Source: an uncultured Desulfobacter sp.
GTDB lineage: Bacteria; Desulfobacterota; Desulfobacteria; Desulfobacterales; Desulfobacteraceae
Assembly: GCA_963665095.1 (NCBI GenBank)
Contig: OY762069.1
Coordinates: forward strand, 4,064,001-4,128,000
Length of the DNA: 64,000 nt
Direction: 5' to 3'
Positions 30,691-42,007 of the stretch are shown piece by piece. The notes under the pieces were generated by a model that ran no database searches, was not told the DNA's origin, and saw only the letters and a program-made list of their open reading frames with translations. Made by a program: the position numbers and the translations under genes. Numbering within the stretch: position 1 is the stretch's first letter; every line of letters starts with the position of its first letter.

Positions 30691-33642
30691 TCAGGCCAGC
30701 ACAGGCACCAGATACCGGCCGGTATGGCTTTGGGGCGCGGCCGCCACTTTTTCCGGCGAACCTTCCGCCACGATGCGGCCCCCGCCACTGCCACCTTCAG
30801 GGCCGATGTCGATGATCCAGTCCGCAGTTTTGATCACGTCCAGGTTATGTTCGATAATCACCATGGTGTTACCGGCATCAGTGAGTCGCTGGAGCACGTC
30901 CAGCAGCATGCGGATGTCCTGGAAATGAAGCCCTGTGGTGGGTTCGTCCAGTATATAAAGGGTATCGCCGGTGTCTTTCCGGGCAAGCTCCCGGGCCAGC
31001 TTGATCCGCTGGGCCTCGCCACCGGACAGCGTTGTGGCGGCCTGGCCCAGTTTGATATAGGAGAGCCCCACATCCACCAGGGTATCCAGAATCCGGGAGA
31101 TCTTGGGATGGGCATCGAACAGCTCCCTTGCCTGGATAACGGAGAGATCGAGCACATCGGCAATGGAGTGGTCCCGGTACTTGATCTCCAGGGTGGATTT
31201 ATTGAACCGCTTGCCGTGGCACACGTCACAGGGAACAAACACGTCCGCCAGAAAGTGCATCTCCACCTTGAGATACCCGTCTCCCTGGCAGGCTTCACAC
31301 CGGCCGCCTTTGACATTGAATGAATACCGACCCTTTTTATAGCCCCTGGCAACGGATTCCGGCAGCAGGGCAAAGAGGTCCCGGATGGGGTCAAACAGCT
31401 TGGTGTAGGTGGCGGGATTGCTGCGCGGGGTCCGGCCGATGGGCTTCTGGTCAATGTTAATGACCTTGTTGATATGGGAGAGCCCGGTGATTTTCCGGTG
31501 CTTTCCCACACTCATCTGGGAGCCGTTGAGCTTGACGGCCAGGGCCGGGTAAAGAATCTGGTTGATCAGGGTGGATTTGCCCGCCCCGGATACGCCGGTT
31601 ACAGCTGTCAGCAGGCCCACGGGGATTTTGGCCGTCATATCGGCCAGGTTGTTGGCACAGGCGTTATGAATGGTGATCCACATATTGCCCATGGCCTGCG
31701 GGGTCCGGCGGGTTTTGGGCACGGCAATGGTTTCCCGGCCGCTTAAAAATCGTCCGGTCAGGGATGCAGGATTGTGCCGGATCTGTTCCGGTGTCCCCTG
31801 GGCCACAATCTCCCCGCCTAAATGCCCTGCACCCGGGCCGATATCCACAATCCAGTCCGAGGCCTCCATGGTCTCCTGGTCATGCTCCACAATAAGCAGG
31901 GTGTTGCCGATGTCCCGCAGATGTTTCAGCGTGGACAACAACTTGATGTTATCCCGCTGGTGAAGCCCGATGGAGGGCTCATCCAGAATATAGAGCACCC
32001 CTGTCAGCTCAGACCCCACCTGGGAGGCCAGCCGGATGCGCTGGGATTCCCCTCCGGACAGCGTGGGACCGGACCGGTCCAGGGAGAGGTAATCCAGGCC
32101 CACGTTCACCAGAAACCCCAAACGGTCCCGGATCTCCTTGAGCAGTTCAGCGGCAATCAGTTTCTTGCTGCCTGTAAGTTCAAGGCCGGAGATGAAACTA
32201 AACGCCTCCCTCACCGTCATTTCAGTGACATCAATGATGGAGTTACCGTTGATCTTTACATGCACAATCTCGTCCCGCAGCCTTCGTCCCTTGCAGGTCG
32301 GGCAAAGTGCGGACGTCATAAACTGGGTATAGTATTTTTTCTGGTGTTCGGACTGGGTGTTTTTATACCGGCGCATCAGGGTGTGAATCAGCCCTTCGTG
32401 GGTACGGGAAAAGTTCCCCTGGATCTTTGACGAGTTCCACTTCACAGTCATCTGCCGGCTGCCGGAACCATAGAGCAGCAGATCCCGGTCTTTTTCAGGC
32501 AGCTTTTTCCATGGGATGTCGAAATCAATTCCCCACTGCTCTTCCATGGCAAGCAGCTGCCCCTTGCCCCAAGAGTTTTCATTGTTGAACCGCGGGTTTT
32601 TAATGAAATAATTTTTCCAGGGGATGACAGCGCCCTGGCGGATGGACAGATTGGAATCCGGCACCACCTTGTCCGGGTCCATGGCCAGCAGCGTGCCAAT
32701 GCCGTTGCAGTCCGGACACATGCCCAAAGGGGAGTTGAATGAAAAAATCTGGGGGGTAAGCTCCGGATAGGCAATGCCGCAGCAGGATCTGGCCTCACTC
32801 ATTTTCAGGTCTTCCCGGCCCAGCATGTGGACAATGAGCTGGCCTGCGCCCAGTTTCAGGGCTGCCTCCACGGAATCGGTGAGCCGCTTCTCAAATGCAG
32901 CGTCGGACTTTACCACCAGCCGGTCAATAACCACCTCAATGTGGTGCTTTTTGTTCCGGGCCAGGGACTGGACATTTTCCAGATCCTGGACCACCCCGTC
33001 CACCCGGACCCTGGCATAGCCGTCCCGCTTCAGTTCTTCAAGGCGCTCCCGGTGTTCGCCCTTGCGGTTTTCCACGATGGGGGCCAGAATCAGAATCTTA
33101 GACCCGTTGGGCAGGTCCATGATCTGGGAGACCATGGCCTGGGCATGGCCCCTGCCCACTTTTTTACCGCATTTATAGCAATACTGGGTGCCCACCCGGG
33201 CAAACAGCACCCGCAGATAATCATAAATCTCGGTGATGGTCCCCACCGTGGACCGCGGATTTTTAGACGCAGCCTTCTGCTCAATGGCAATGGTGGGAGA
33301 CAGCCCCCGGATGGTCTCGTAACGCGGTTTTTCCATCTGCCCAATAAACTGCCGGGCATAGGAGGAGAGTGACTCCACATACCGGCGCTGCCCTTCGGCA
33401 AAAATAGTATCAAATGCCAGACTGGACTTGCCGGATCCGGACACGCCCGTCACCACCACCAGCTTTTTCTTAGGAATCTCTACATCGATATTTTTAAGGT
33501 TGTGCTCCTTGGCACCCCGGACAATGATCCGGTCCAGCTCCCTGGTTGCCGCAGGTTCATCAACGGTCCGCAAAGGGGTCACATTACCCGGGGCATCAGA
33601 ACCAATACTGTCATTCACAGCTTCAGCCGTATTTTTTTTCAT
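30691..33642 (-). CDS. uvrA: Excinuclease ABC subunit A
   Basis: [12 protein letters not shown], two Walker A motifs ([16 protein letters not shown]), LSGGE-QRI twice, Zn fingers. Confidence 0.98.
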   Translation of the reverse strand: MKKNTAEAVNDSIGSDAPGNVTPLRTVDEPAATRELDRIIVRGAKEHNLKNIDVEIPKKKLVVVTGVSGSGKSSLAFDTIFAEGQRRYVESLSSYARQFIGQMEKPRYETIRGLSPTIAIEQKAASKNPRSTVGTITEIYDYLRVLFARVGTQYCYKCGKKVGRGHAQAMVSQIMDLPNGSKILILAPIVENRKGEHRERLEELKRDGYARVRVDGVVQDLENVQSLARNKKHHIEVVIDRLVVKSDAAFEKRLTDSVEAALKLGAGQLIVHMLGREDLKMSEARSCCGIAYPELTPQIFSFNSPLGMCPDCNGIGTLLAMDPDKVVPDSNLSIRQGAVIPWKNYFIKNPRFNNENSWGKGQLLAMEEQWGIDFDIPWKKLPEKDRDLLLYGSGSRQMTVKWNSSKIQGNFSRTHEGLIHTLMRRYKNTQSEHQKKYYTQFMTSALCPTCKGRRLRDEIVHVKINGNSIIDVTEMTVREAFSFISGLELTGSKKLIAAELLKEIRDRLGFLVNVGLDYLSLDRSGPTLSGGESQRIRLASQVGSELTGVLYILDEPSIGLHQRDNIKLLSTLKHLRDIGNTLLIVEHDQETMEASDWIVDIGPGAGHLGGEIVAQGTPEQIRHNPASLTGRFLSGRETIAVPKTRRTPQAMGNMWITIHNACANNLADMTAKIPVGLLTAVTGVSGAGKSTLINQILYPALAVKLNGSQMSVGKHRKITGLSHINKVINIDQKPIGRTPRSNPATYTKLFDPIRDLFALLPESVARGYKKGRYSFNVKGGRCEACQGDGYLKVEMHFLADVFVPCDVCHGKRFNKSTLEIKYRDHSIADVLDLSVIQARELFDAHPKISRILDTLVDVGLSYIKLGQAATTLSGGEAQRIKLARELARKDTGDTLYILDEPTTGLHFQDIRMLLDVLQRLTDAGNTMVIIEHNLDVIKTADWIIDIGPEGGSGGGRIVAEGSPEKVAAAPQSHTGRYLVPVLA

Positions 33643-33721
33643 CTCACTTCCAAATTGGGTTTAAGGTCATCCCAACAACGATAATCACCCACCCTGAAAA
33701 GTAAAGCAGGTAACTATATCC

Positions 33722-34592
33722 AAATAATTGGGGTCAGAGTAAAATTAAATATTGAATTTATTAACTACCAGATGATACACAATATTCATGGCCCGATTAC
33801 CTCGAATAGCACCCATAGATATCCCCATTCATATTATCCAGCGGGGAAACAACCGCGACGTATGTTTTGAGGCTGATAAAAATTTTGCCGCCTATACAGG
33901 CTGGCTGAAAGATTACTCAACAAAATACCATGTGGACATTCATGCCTGGGTATTTATGACCAACCATGTTCATCTGCTTTGCACGCCCAGGCAGGAAAAC
34001 GGCATCAGCAGCATGATGCAGGCGCTGGGAAGGCGTTATGTCCGTTATTTTAACCATGAATACAACCGGAGCGGCACCCTTTGGGAAGGCCGTTATAAAT
34101 CCTGCCTGGTTGACTCAGAAAATTATCTCCTTACCTTGTACAGATATATTGAGCTAAACCCGGTCAGAGCAGGCATTGTTAAATCCCCGGAAGCGTATCG
34201 CTGGTCAAGCTATCAGATCAATGCCCTGGGAAAAACATCTGATCTTTGTACACCACATCCGGTGTTCATGATGCTTGGAGAAGACGTCCGGGAACGTTGC
34301 ACCCAATATAAAGCCCTGTGTGCACAGGCGCTTGATAAGCAGGCCATCGAACAAATCCGGCGTGCCACAAATAAGTGCATGGTTGTAGGCAGTGATCAGT
34401 TCCGGCAAAAAATTGAGGTGCTAACCGGTCGACGGACTGTGGAAAAAAAGAGAGGAAGACCGGTTGGGTGGCGGAAATCGTGACGTCAAAAAAAGTTAAA
34501 AACGGCAGATAACTTTGCCCCCAACGCTCTATAAATTGATCGGATCCTTCCTTTCGGAGCGGCATTTAATTTTACTCTGACCCCAATTATTT
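33722..34592. mobile_element. HUH (RAYT/Y1) transposase element delimited by perfect 29-bp inverted repeats
   Basis: AAATAATTGGGGTCAGAGTAAAATTAAAT (33722-33750) and its exact reverse complement (34564-34592) flank the transposase. Confidence 0.85.
33788..34483 (+). CDS. REP-associated tyrosine transposase-like (Y1 HUH) protein
   Basis: MARLPR..HIIQRGNNR, MTNHVHLL (HUH), LWEGRYKS, YIELNPVRAG, WSSY. Confidence 0.92.
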   Translation: MARLPRIAPIDIPIHIIQRGNNRDVCFEADKNFAAYTGWLKDYSTKYHVDIHAWVFMTNHVHLLCTPRQENGISSMMQALGRRYVRYFNHEYNRSGTLWEGRYKSCLVDSENYLLTLYRYIELNPVRAGIVKSPEAYRWSSYQINALGKTSDLCTPHPVFMMLGEDVRERCTQYKALCAQALDKQAIEQIRRATNKCMVVGSDQFRQKIEVLTGRRTVEKKRGRPVGWRKS

Positions 34593-34603
34593 AAGGATAT
34601 CAC

Positions 34604-35653
34604 ATGAGCCGTGAGTACCCGTTTGAAACTGGTGTTTATCGTCCGCCCAGTGAGGGGGGCAGTGCTTCTCTGCTGGTTCGGTTTACCCGGAACTGTCCCT
34701 GGAACCACTGCACCTTCTGCTTTATGTATAAGAAAGAGAAATTCAGCTTAAGGTCTGTGGATGAAATTAAAACAGATATCAATGCCATGGCAGACCTTGT
34801 TCTGGATCTTCAGAGCGAGTCAAAGGCCCTTGGGCACGGGGGCCAGGTTACGCGGGAGGCCATTCTGGCTTTGTTAAAAAAGGCACCGTCCCTGAATTAC
34901 CACCAGGGAGCGGATATGCTGATCCAGTGGATGGCTGCCGGCGGCAGGACCGCATTTTTGCAGGACGGCAACTCCCTGATTATGCCGCCGGAGGATCTTA
35001 TTGCGGCCCTGGCTTATCTTAAAGAAACCTTTCCCTCTATTGAACGGATCACCACCTATGCCAGGGCTCGGACCCTGGCCCAGCGCTCTCCTGAAGATTT
35101 AAAGGCCATACGGGCGGCCGGCCTGGACCGGCTTCATCTTGGGCTTGAATCCGGAGATGACGCCCTGCTCAAGCTGATTAAAAAAGGGGTGACAGCTGAG
35201 GGCCACATTGAGGGTGGTCAAAAGGCCATGGACGCCGGATTCCAGGTATCGGAATACTGGATGCCCGGCCTTGGCGGTAATGAAATGACGGAACAGCACG
35301 CTGAAAATACCGCCCGTGTACTCAGCGCCATCAATCCACATTATATCCGGTCCCGACCATTCCGCCCCAGTCCCGGCACACCTATCTTTGATCAGGTCAG
35401 CCAGGGCCAGATCACCATGCTTAATCCCAGGGATGAACTTCTGGAACTCCAGCGCATGGTCCAGGCCCTGGATGTGACCTCAAAGGTCTGCTTTGACCAT
35501 ATGGGCAACTACTGGCGCACCGCATCCGGGGAGCTCGTTTTTCACCATGAGTATGAGGGCTACCAGTTTCCGGACGAAAAACAGGCTGTCCTGGACCGCA
35601 TTGAACTGGGGCTGGCTTTTGAACAGACACCGGTCCAGTTTCTTCATATGTAA
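34604..35653 (+). CDS. Radical SAM protein
   Basis: YRPPSE, CPWNHCTFC, FLQDGN, GLESG. Confidence 0.88.
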   Translation: MSREYPFETGVYRPPSEGGSASLLVRFTRNCPWNHCTFCFMYKKEKFSLRSVDEIKTDINAMADLVLDLQSESKALGHGGQVTREAILALLKKAPSLNYHQGADMLIQWMAAGGRTAFLQDGNSLIMPPEDLIAALAYLKETFPSIERITTYARARTLAQRSPEDLKAIRAAGLDRLHLGLESGDDALLKLIKKGVTAEGHIEGGQKAMDAGFQVSEYWMPGLGGNEMTEQHAENTARVLSAINPHYIRSRPFRPSPGTPIFDQVSQGQITMLNPRDELLELQRMVQALDVTSKVCFDHMGNYWRTASGELVFHHEYEGYQFPDEKQAVLDRIELGLAFEQTPVQFLHM

Positions 35654-35658
35654 AAAAA

Positions 35659-35688
35659 TAAATCCGGAGCCTTGAGGCTCCGGATTTA
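35659..35688. terminator. Bidirectional terminator hairpin
   Basis: TAAATCCGGAGCCT-TG-AGGCTCCGGATTTA between convergent genes. Confidence 0.8.
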
Positions 35689-35712
35689 AGAATGCCGATT
35701 TGCTATAATCAA

Positions 35713-36237
35713 TTACTCTTCATTTATAGGAACCAGGAAAATCGGCCACTGGCTCTGTTTTATAATCTGCTTGGCTGACCCGCCTGTCAGGGATTTAAGG
35801 ATGGAACCTTTTTTATGATAGCCCATGGCCACCATATCGCAGCGGTGCAGGCGGGCGGTTTCAACGATAATCCGGGCAGGATTCCCGTACTGGACATCAA
35901 TGGTGTCAATCTGCACGGACTTTTCAATACTGCCCATTTTTTCATGGGTATCCTCACATAACTGCTGCAGGGCGTTCTGGATCGCTAATATCCCTTTGCG
36001 TTTACCAATAAGTACACTTTTCAGCTTATCCTCATTCTCTTTGCGGATCTTTTCATACTGCTCCCGGTCCACCAGATGTACCAGCCGGTCCTGGGAACTT
36101 GACGACCTGTCCTCAATCACATGAAGAATAACAATGGCAGCGCCTGTCTGGGCCGCCAGAACCACGGTCTGCTCAAAAACCACCACAGAGCTTTTGGACA
36201 AATCCGTTGTATAAAGGATCTTTTTTATCTGTTTCAT
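35713..36237 (-). CDS. Universal stress protein (TeaD-like position after a TRAP operon)
   Basis: KKILYTTDLS, LHVIE, GNPA..I, AMGYH..GGSA..IFLVP. Confidence 0.88.
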   Translation of the reverse strand: MKQIKKILYTTDLSKSSVVVFEQTVVLAAQTGAAIVILHVIEDRSSSSQDRLVHLVDREQYEKIRKENEDKLKSVLIGKRKGILAIQNALQQLCEDTHEKMGSIEKSVQIDTIDVQYGNPARIIVETARLHRCDMVAMGYHKKGSILKSLTGGSAKQIIKQSQWPIFLVPINEE

Positions 36238-36263
36238 AATCTATTCTCCTTATACATGAACAG

Positions 36264-37640
36264 CTATCGCATCAGCCCGGGCAGCCAGGTGGCAATGGGG
36301 GGATGGATGATGAGCAGAACCAGGACCACCAGCAGCACCACAATGGGCATGATAGCCCCGCGGACCACAGTCTGGAAAGGAATCGCCCCGATCTGGGAAA
36401 CAATATATAAAATGCCGCCCATGGGGGGCGTGATCAACCCCAGGTTCACATTAATCAGCAGGATCATGGCAAACCAGATATTGTTCCACTCCATGTGCAG
36501 CACCACTGGGTACAGCAGCGGGATGGCAAGATACATCAAGGAGACACTCTCCATGAACATGCCAAGAATAAAGAGGAAAACCACCACCATGAACAACAGC
36601 AGCTCCGGGGGCAGATTCCGGGCGATGATCAGCTCCAGAATCTGCTGAGGCACACGCCCGAAAATTGCGCCCTGGGAAAGCATGGCTCCGCCAATAACCA
36701 CAAGGGATATCATTGATGAGACCAACGTGGCGGACATCACCACTTCCCACAATTTTTTCAAATTCAGGGTTTTATAAATCAGCACCCCGATCAGCACACA
36801 GTAAACCACGGCCACGGCAGCAGCTTCATTGGCTGTAAAGATACCCAGGTAGATGCCACCCAGAATAATTACCGGTGCCAGCAACCCCCAAAAGGCATCC
36901 TTCAGGGCAGCAATCCGGTTGAATTCATCCTCTGCGATGTCAGGACTTTCAGAAAGTGCCATTTCCCGGGATACTGATTCGGTCGATCCGCCGGCCCCAT
37001 CCACTGACACAACAGCCACCTCTGGATAGGTCTGAGATCCGGCCTTTCCCGGAAATAACGCCAGGGCCAGGGCATATAAAAACATGAGCAGAATGCCCGG
37101 TACTACCCCGGCCATGAACAGCGCACCAATGGACTCATCCGTAAGAAAACCATAAATAATCAGAACCAGGCTGGGTGGAATTACGGCCCCTAAAGACCCG
37201 CCTGCGCAAATGGCTGACGAAATGGCGGCATCGCTGAATTTTGCCCGCCGTAATTCTGGAATGGCTATCAGCCCCATGGTGGAGGCCGCCACAAAACTGG
37301 AGCCGGTCATGGCCGAAAACACGCCTGAACTGGCAATGGTAGCTGCGCCCAAGCCTGCCCTGGAACGTCCCATCACTGCCCTGGCCGCATCAAATAGCCG
37401 TTTGCCCATACCCGTGGCAGAGATGAGCTGGGCAGCCAGAACAAAAAGTGGAATCGCCACCAGCACATCTGTATTCAGCGATGCATAGGCCTTTTCAACT
37501 CCAATATTCAGGGCAGTTTCAGGTCCCGCATACAGAGTGAGCAGCGTAAAGGCCAGCACCCCGAGCCCGAATCCCACAGGCAGGCCGCTGAACAGAACAA
37601 GCAGGAAAACCAAAATAAACCCGATGATATATAGCGTCAT
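36264..37640 (-). CDS. dctM: TRAP transporter large permease
   Basis: AIPLFVLA, GSLGAVIPPS, GIFTANEAAA, GLITPPMG. Confidence 0.93.
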   Translation of the reverse strand: MTLYIIGFILVFLLVLFSGLPVGFGLGVLAFTLLTLYAGPETALNIGVEKAYASLNTDVLVAIPLFVLAAQLISATGMGKRLFDAARAVMGRSRAGLGAATIASSGVFSAMTGSSFVAASTMGLIAIPELRRAKFSDAAISSAICAGGSLGAVIPPSLVLIIYGFLTDESIGALFMAGVVPGILLMFLYALALALFPGKAGSQTYPEVAVVSVDGAGGSTESVSREMALSESPDIAEDEFNRIAALKDAFWGLLAPVIILGGIYLGIFTANEAAAVAVVYCVLIGVLIYKTLNLKKLWEVVMSATLVSSMISLVVIGGAMLSQGAIFGRVPQQILELIIARNLPPELLLFMVVVFLFILGMFMESVSLMYLAIPLLYPVVLHMEWNNIWFAMILLINVNLGLITPPMGGILYIVSQIGAIPFQTVVRGAIMPIVVLLVVLVLLIIHPPIATWLPGLMR

Positions 37641-37687
37641 AACGTATCCTTTTTAGGGTAAACAGCACTGCTTTTTCAGCCGGACTG

Positions 37688-38200
37688 TCAGACCTGCTTC
37701 AGGTCACTCACATCCTGGGCAAGCTTATTGATAAACTGCAGGGTGAGCAATGCTCCGCCAATTGGCAATAGAGACCAGGGAATCCATAAAGGGGTTGCCA
37801 GCATCCCACTGCTGACATCCTCAATGTCATATGCAAACCAGGCCAGTTCCACCCCCTTATATATAAATGTACTTGAATAAAGGGCACCCAGGATATCGGT
37901 AATAATCTTTAACCGGATGCGGTTTTTAGATGTCAGGCGGTCCGTAAGCATGGTTATGGAAAAATGGCTGTTATTCTTCAACCCAAAGGCCAGACTCAGA
38001 AATCCTAAACCCATGCACAGATAAACGCTCATCTCACCCACCCAGACCGTGGGTGAGTTGAACAGGTACCGCAAGCAGACTTCCAGCACAATGATACAGG
38101 TCACGCAGATAAGACATACCGCAGCAATTACGCCGCCGGCAGTGCACACCCAGTCAATCCATTGAAACAGAAAAAATCGTTTTTTGAGGGATGTTGTCAT
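37688..38200 (-). CDS. dctQ: TRAP transporter small permease
   Basis: Four TM segments, EVCLRYLFNSPTVWVGE. Confidence 0.88.
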   Translation of the reverse strand: MTTSLKKRFFLFQWIDWVCTAGGVIAAVCLICVTCIIVLEVCLRYLFNSPTVWVGEMSVYLCMGLGFLSLAFGLKNNSHFSITMLTDRLTSKNRIRLKIITDILGALYSSTFIYKGVELAWFAYDIEDVSSGMLATPLWIPWSLLPIGGALLTLQFINKLAQDVSDLKQV

Positions 38201-38226
38201 AAGTCCTCCCTGGTATCTGCCCTGAT

Positions 38227-39222
38227 TTATGGACGGGCACAGTTTATTTCAAGCAGGCGCTTTGCATCCTTACCGTTTTCGTCTGCCCAGGCATTCCAGT
38301 ACTTTGAGGAGACCTCAATGATTTTATTCCTCTCTTCAGGGGCAAGCGTAGTGACTGTGGCCCCGATTTTTGACAGCTCGCCGGTAAACTTTTGTTCCCA
38401 GCCCTTGGATGTTGCCAGGGTGACGGCTTCCTGTTTTTTACCCAGTGACACCAGCGTTTCCTGAACATCTCCTGGAAGCTTTTTCCAGACCTTAAGGTTC
38501 ATGCAGACAAGGATGGTGGGGTGACTCATGTTCATTTTGGTGATATAGGGCGCCACTTCAAAAGATTTCTGAAAATAGCCGCCGACAATGGAGGTGGCCA
38601 TGGAGTCTGAAACCGACCGTTTCAGTGCCATGTACCACTCTGTCTGAGGAATGGACGCATCGGGCGCCGCCCCGAGTGCCACCATAATTTCGCTAAAAAT
38701 GGGACTGGAGGATAGAACGCGCAACCCTTTAAAATCCTCAATTGTGCTGATAGTACCCTTGTTGCTGAAAATTTGAACCGGATCCAGATAGCTTGTGTAT
38801 ATGAGCTTTAAACGTTTTTTCTCCATGGCTTTCTCTATAATGGACAGGGATTCCCCACTGTATGCTTTGGCCACGTCATCCACGCTTTCAAAGGCAAAGG
38901 GAAGATACACACCCTGCACCATGGGCACCATGGCCAGCATGGCCGGCTGAAGAATTACGCCTATGTCCACCAAGCCCTTTGCTACAGCCTTGTGAACATC
39001 AGACGGGCCATAAAGCTGGCCACCGGGATAGTCAACAATCTTATAGCGACCTGCCAGGGCCTGATTTACCTCGTTAATCCAGACACCCCGGGCCTGGGCA
39101 ACAAAATGCTGGGCCGGCCCCCAGGATGCAAGCTTGAGTTCAGCTTCCTTGGCAGGCAGACTACCAGCAACACATACAACAGCCATGACAACAGTTAAGA
39201 TCGTCCATACACATTTTTTCAT
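38227..39222 (-). CDS. dctP: TRAP substrate-binding protein
   Basis: Signal peptide, YPGGQLYG, DFKGLRV, WKKLPGDVQ. Confidence 0.88.
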   Translation of the reverse strand: MKKCVWTILTVVMAVVCVAGSLPAKEAELKLASWGPAQHFVAQARGVWINEVNQALAGRYKIVDYPGGQLYGPSDVHKAVAKGLVDIGVILQPAMLAMVPMVQGVYLPFAFESVDDVAKAYSGESLSIIEKAMEKKRLKLIYTSYLDPVQIFSNKGTISTIEDFKGLRVLSSSPIFSEIMVALGAAPDASIPQTEWYMALKRSVSDSMATSIVGGYFQKSFEVAPYITKMNMSHPTILVCMNLKVWKKLPGDVQETLVSLGKKQEAVTLATSKGWEQKFTGELSKIGATVTTLAPEERNKIIEVSSKYWNAWADENGKDAKRLLEINCARP

Positions 39223-39340
39223 TACATTCTGCTCCTTTTTACCAAGCTGGTTAAATTTTTCAGACATTTAAGCCCCAATTTCACGCAAACCACGATCCTT
39301 ATTAGGACAAAAAGCGGTCCCATGTCAAGAAAATGTGAAC

Positions 39341-39358
39341 GAAGTTAATATTAACTTC
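39341..39358. promoter_or_regulatory. Perfect 18-bp palindrome upstream of the dctP promoter
   Basis: GAAGTTAATATTAACTTC, with a minus-strand TTGACA between it and dctP. Confidence 0.5.
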
Positions 39359-39428
39359 ATTAATTAATATTTAATAAGATAACACATTGTTAATACGCAT
39401 AATATATTAGCCGAATATAAATAACGAA

Positions 39429-40610
39429 TTAAATAACTTCAACAATAAAGGCGTGCCCTGGCCCGCCGCTGGCACACAGGGCAGCACAGCCGAATTGCTG
39501 GTTTCTCAGGCGAAGCTGATTAATCATGGTAACCAGCAGACGTACACCCGTGGCCCCCACCGGATGCCCAAGACTAATACCTGAGCCTGCCGCATTAATC
39601 CGCTCCCTGTCCAACCCGAACTCCCTATTGCAGCCGATAATCTGGGCAGCAAAGGCCTCATTGAATTCAAAATAGTCAATCGCTTCCAGGGACATGCCGG
39701 CAAAATCCAGAGCATGTCTCACCGCCGGCACCACCCCCATCCCCATGATTCGAGGCGCCACAGACCCCGGCGCAGACGCCACAACACGAGCCAGCGGAGA
39801 CACCCCCAATTCCCTTGCCCTGTCCGCACTCATCATGATGACACAGGCCCCTGCATCATTCAGACCTGATGCATTACCGGCAGTCACCGTACCCCCCTTC
39901 TTAAACACGGGTTTCAGGCGAGCCAGAGACTCCATAGTCGTATCTGCCCTGGGGTGTTCATCAGTATCGAACACCACAGTCCCTTTCCGGGTCTTAATTT
40001 CCACGGAAACAATCTCATTCTTGAACCAGCCTGTCTCAATGGCCTTCACTGCCCGCTGATGACTCATGAGCGCCCATTCATCCTGCTCTTCCCGGGAAAT
40101 ATCATATTGCTCGGAAATATTTTCTGCCGTCACTCCCATATGATACCCCAGCAGGGCATCCACAAGACCACCAATCATCAGGCTGTCCTGGACCTGCTCA
40201 CCATCATTAAGTCGATAGCCCTTACGCGCACCCATAAGCAGATAGGGTGCATTGGTCATACTTTCCACGCCCACAGCCGCACCAGCATCCACCTTTCCCA
40301 GCATGATCTCCTGGGCCAGCAACTCAGCCCCACGCATGGAGGAGGCACACTGCTGGTGCACAGTAAAAGCAAAGGACGCCTCGGAAAGCCCGGCCCCCAT
40401 GGCAACATGACGTGCCGTGTTACCCGGTGACCCGGCCTGATTGCACTGACCGCAGACCACCTCCTGCAGGACCGCCTTGTCAATACCTGCTTTTTCCACC
40501 GCCCCGTTCAAAGCTATGATCCCCAGATCCACTGCGCCTCTCCCCGACAGTGATCCCATATATCCGCCAATGGCCGTCCTGGCACATCCTACAATTACGA
40601 CATCATTCAT
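39429..40610 (-). CDS. Acetyl-CoA C-acyltransferase (thiolase)
   Basis: CASS, TAGNASGLND, NEAFA, GHPVGATG, CASGG catalytic motifs. Confidence 0.95.
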   Translation of the reverse strand: MNDVVIVGCARTAIGGYMGSLSGRGAVDLGIIALNGAVEKAGIDKAVLQEVVCGQCNQAGSPGNTARHVAMGAGLSEASFAFTVHQQCASSMRGAELLAQEIMLGKVDAGAAVGVESMTNAPYLLMGARKGYRLNDGEQVQDSLMIGGLVDALLGYHMGVTAENISEQYDISREEQDEWALMSHQRAVKAIETGWFKNEIVSVEIKTRKGTVVFDTDEHPRADTTMESLARLKPVFKKGGTVTAGNASGLNDAGACVIMMSADRARELGVSPLARVVASAPGSVAPRIMGMGVVPAVRHALDFAGMSLEAIDYFEFNEAFAAQIIGCNREFGLDRERINAAGSGISLGHPVGATGVRLLVTMINQLRLRNQQFGCAALCASGGPGHAFIVEVI

Positions 40611-40862
40611 AACATCACCTCATTGTTTTAATGATAAGTTTATAAATCATAAAATAAAATACGATGTATACACTTATCCCTTACAAATCAATATTATTCA
40701 AGCTTTTTAATTAACAAGGTTAATAAAAATTATTAATTAACGAAATTAACATAAAGGCGTTGAAAATCAGATAAAAATCGCATATCTTCTTTATGGCTTG
40801 CAGCGGGGCCCATAAAAAAACCATGGCATAATCAAGACATAGTGGGATGATAATCAATACAA

Positions 40863-41075
40863 ATGAGACACTTTAACATAAGGCAACTGAAAGAAGATGA
40901 TTCTCTGGAAGCACTGACAGATCTTATTCATCGTGCATACAGACAACTGGCGGGCATTGGCTTTCGATACTGGGGAACCCACCAGAGCGTTGAAGATACA
41001 AAAAAACGGATTTCAAAAGGCCGCTGTTATGTGGGATTACTGGATGATAAAACGTACATTCCGCACTCGATTTGA
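40863..41075 (+). pseudogene. Truncated GNAT acetyltransferase (N-terminal fragment)
   Basis: IRQL..D..ALTDLIHRAY is a typical GNAT start, but the ORF ends after 70 aa without the acetyl-CoA binding motif. Confidence 0.6.
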
Positions 41076-41199
41076 TGGTTTTTTGACAATTTATCCGACG
41101 GCTTCATAACTTTTACGGTACAAAAAAGCATTCTGGAGTGACGTCCAAGGCTCTAAGGCACTGCACTTGAGTATCATTTAGCGGCTTTGCTAATTTTCG

Positions 41200-41732
41200 T
41201 TGTCTTCCAAGGACCGGATTCGGTCCGAATTCGGGGAGACAGGTCTTACCGATTATGCCGAGGCCTATGGCCGGTTGGGTGCCATCACCGATGATACCCA
41301 GATGACCCTGTTCACTGCTGAAGGGCTGATTCTGTCAAAAGTGCGCCAGAAGTATGCCGGGGAACAGCTGCCTGTCCTCCCTGAAAAGCGGAAAAATGGG
41401 GACAATGGGCCATTGGCGACGCCGTTGATGTTGTGGGGAAACAGCCCCCCGAACCTGAAACCATAGAAAACCTCGGCGCTGGCTGGATCGCTGAAGAGGC
41501 CCTGGCCATAAGTCTTTTCTGCAGCCTTACGGCCCAGGATGATTTCGAAAAAGGCCTGCTTCTTTCCGTGAATCATTCCGGAGACAGTGATTCCACAGGT
41601 TCAATTACAGGCAACATTATGGGGGCCTTATACGGCCTCGATAGCGTCCCGGAAAAATGGCTGGCCCCGCTTGAGTTAAGGTCATTAATCACTGACACCG
41701 CCATGGATCTGTTTGAACACTTAGATACCTGA
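41200..41732 (+). pseudogene. ADP-ribosylglycohydrolase remnant with internal deletions
   Basis: Out-of-frame blocks: [34 protein letters not shown] (from 41357); [29 protein letters not shown]. Confidence 0.85.
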
Positions 41733-42007
41733 TTAAGGCCCCGGCGAACTCTTTGTTATATTTGAGATTTTTTTTCGTATATTGTTTTGATATAATAGAA
41801 ATTCGTTACACCTGTTTGCCTTAAATGAAATTCCGGTCCGAATCGTTCTCACGCTCTTTTTCTCCATCTGATTTCCATGCTGTTTCTCTACTTCGGGCAT
41901 GAACTGAATACGAAAAATAAACGAAATAAAAACAGATATCTTTATTCAACGGCATTGCAAGTTTAAAGAAAACGAAACAGCCATTTTCGTATTAATGAGA
42001 AAGGGTT

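Noticed and set aside
41050..41200. Possible IS-end scar between the GNAT and ADP-ribosylglycohydrolase fragments
   Set aside because: No partner inverted repeat, target duplication or transposase fragment could be identified.
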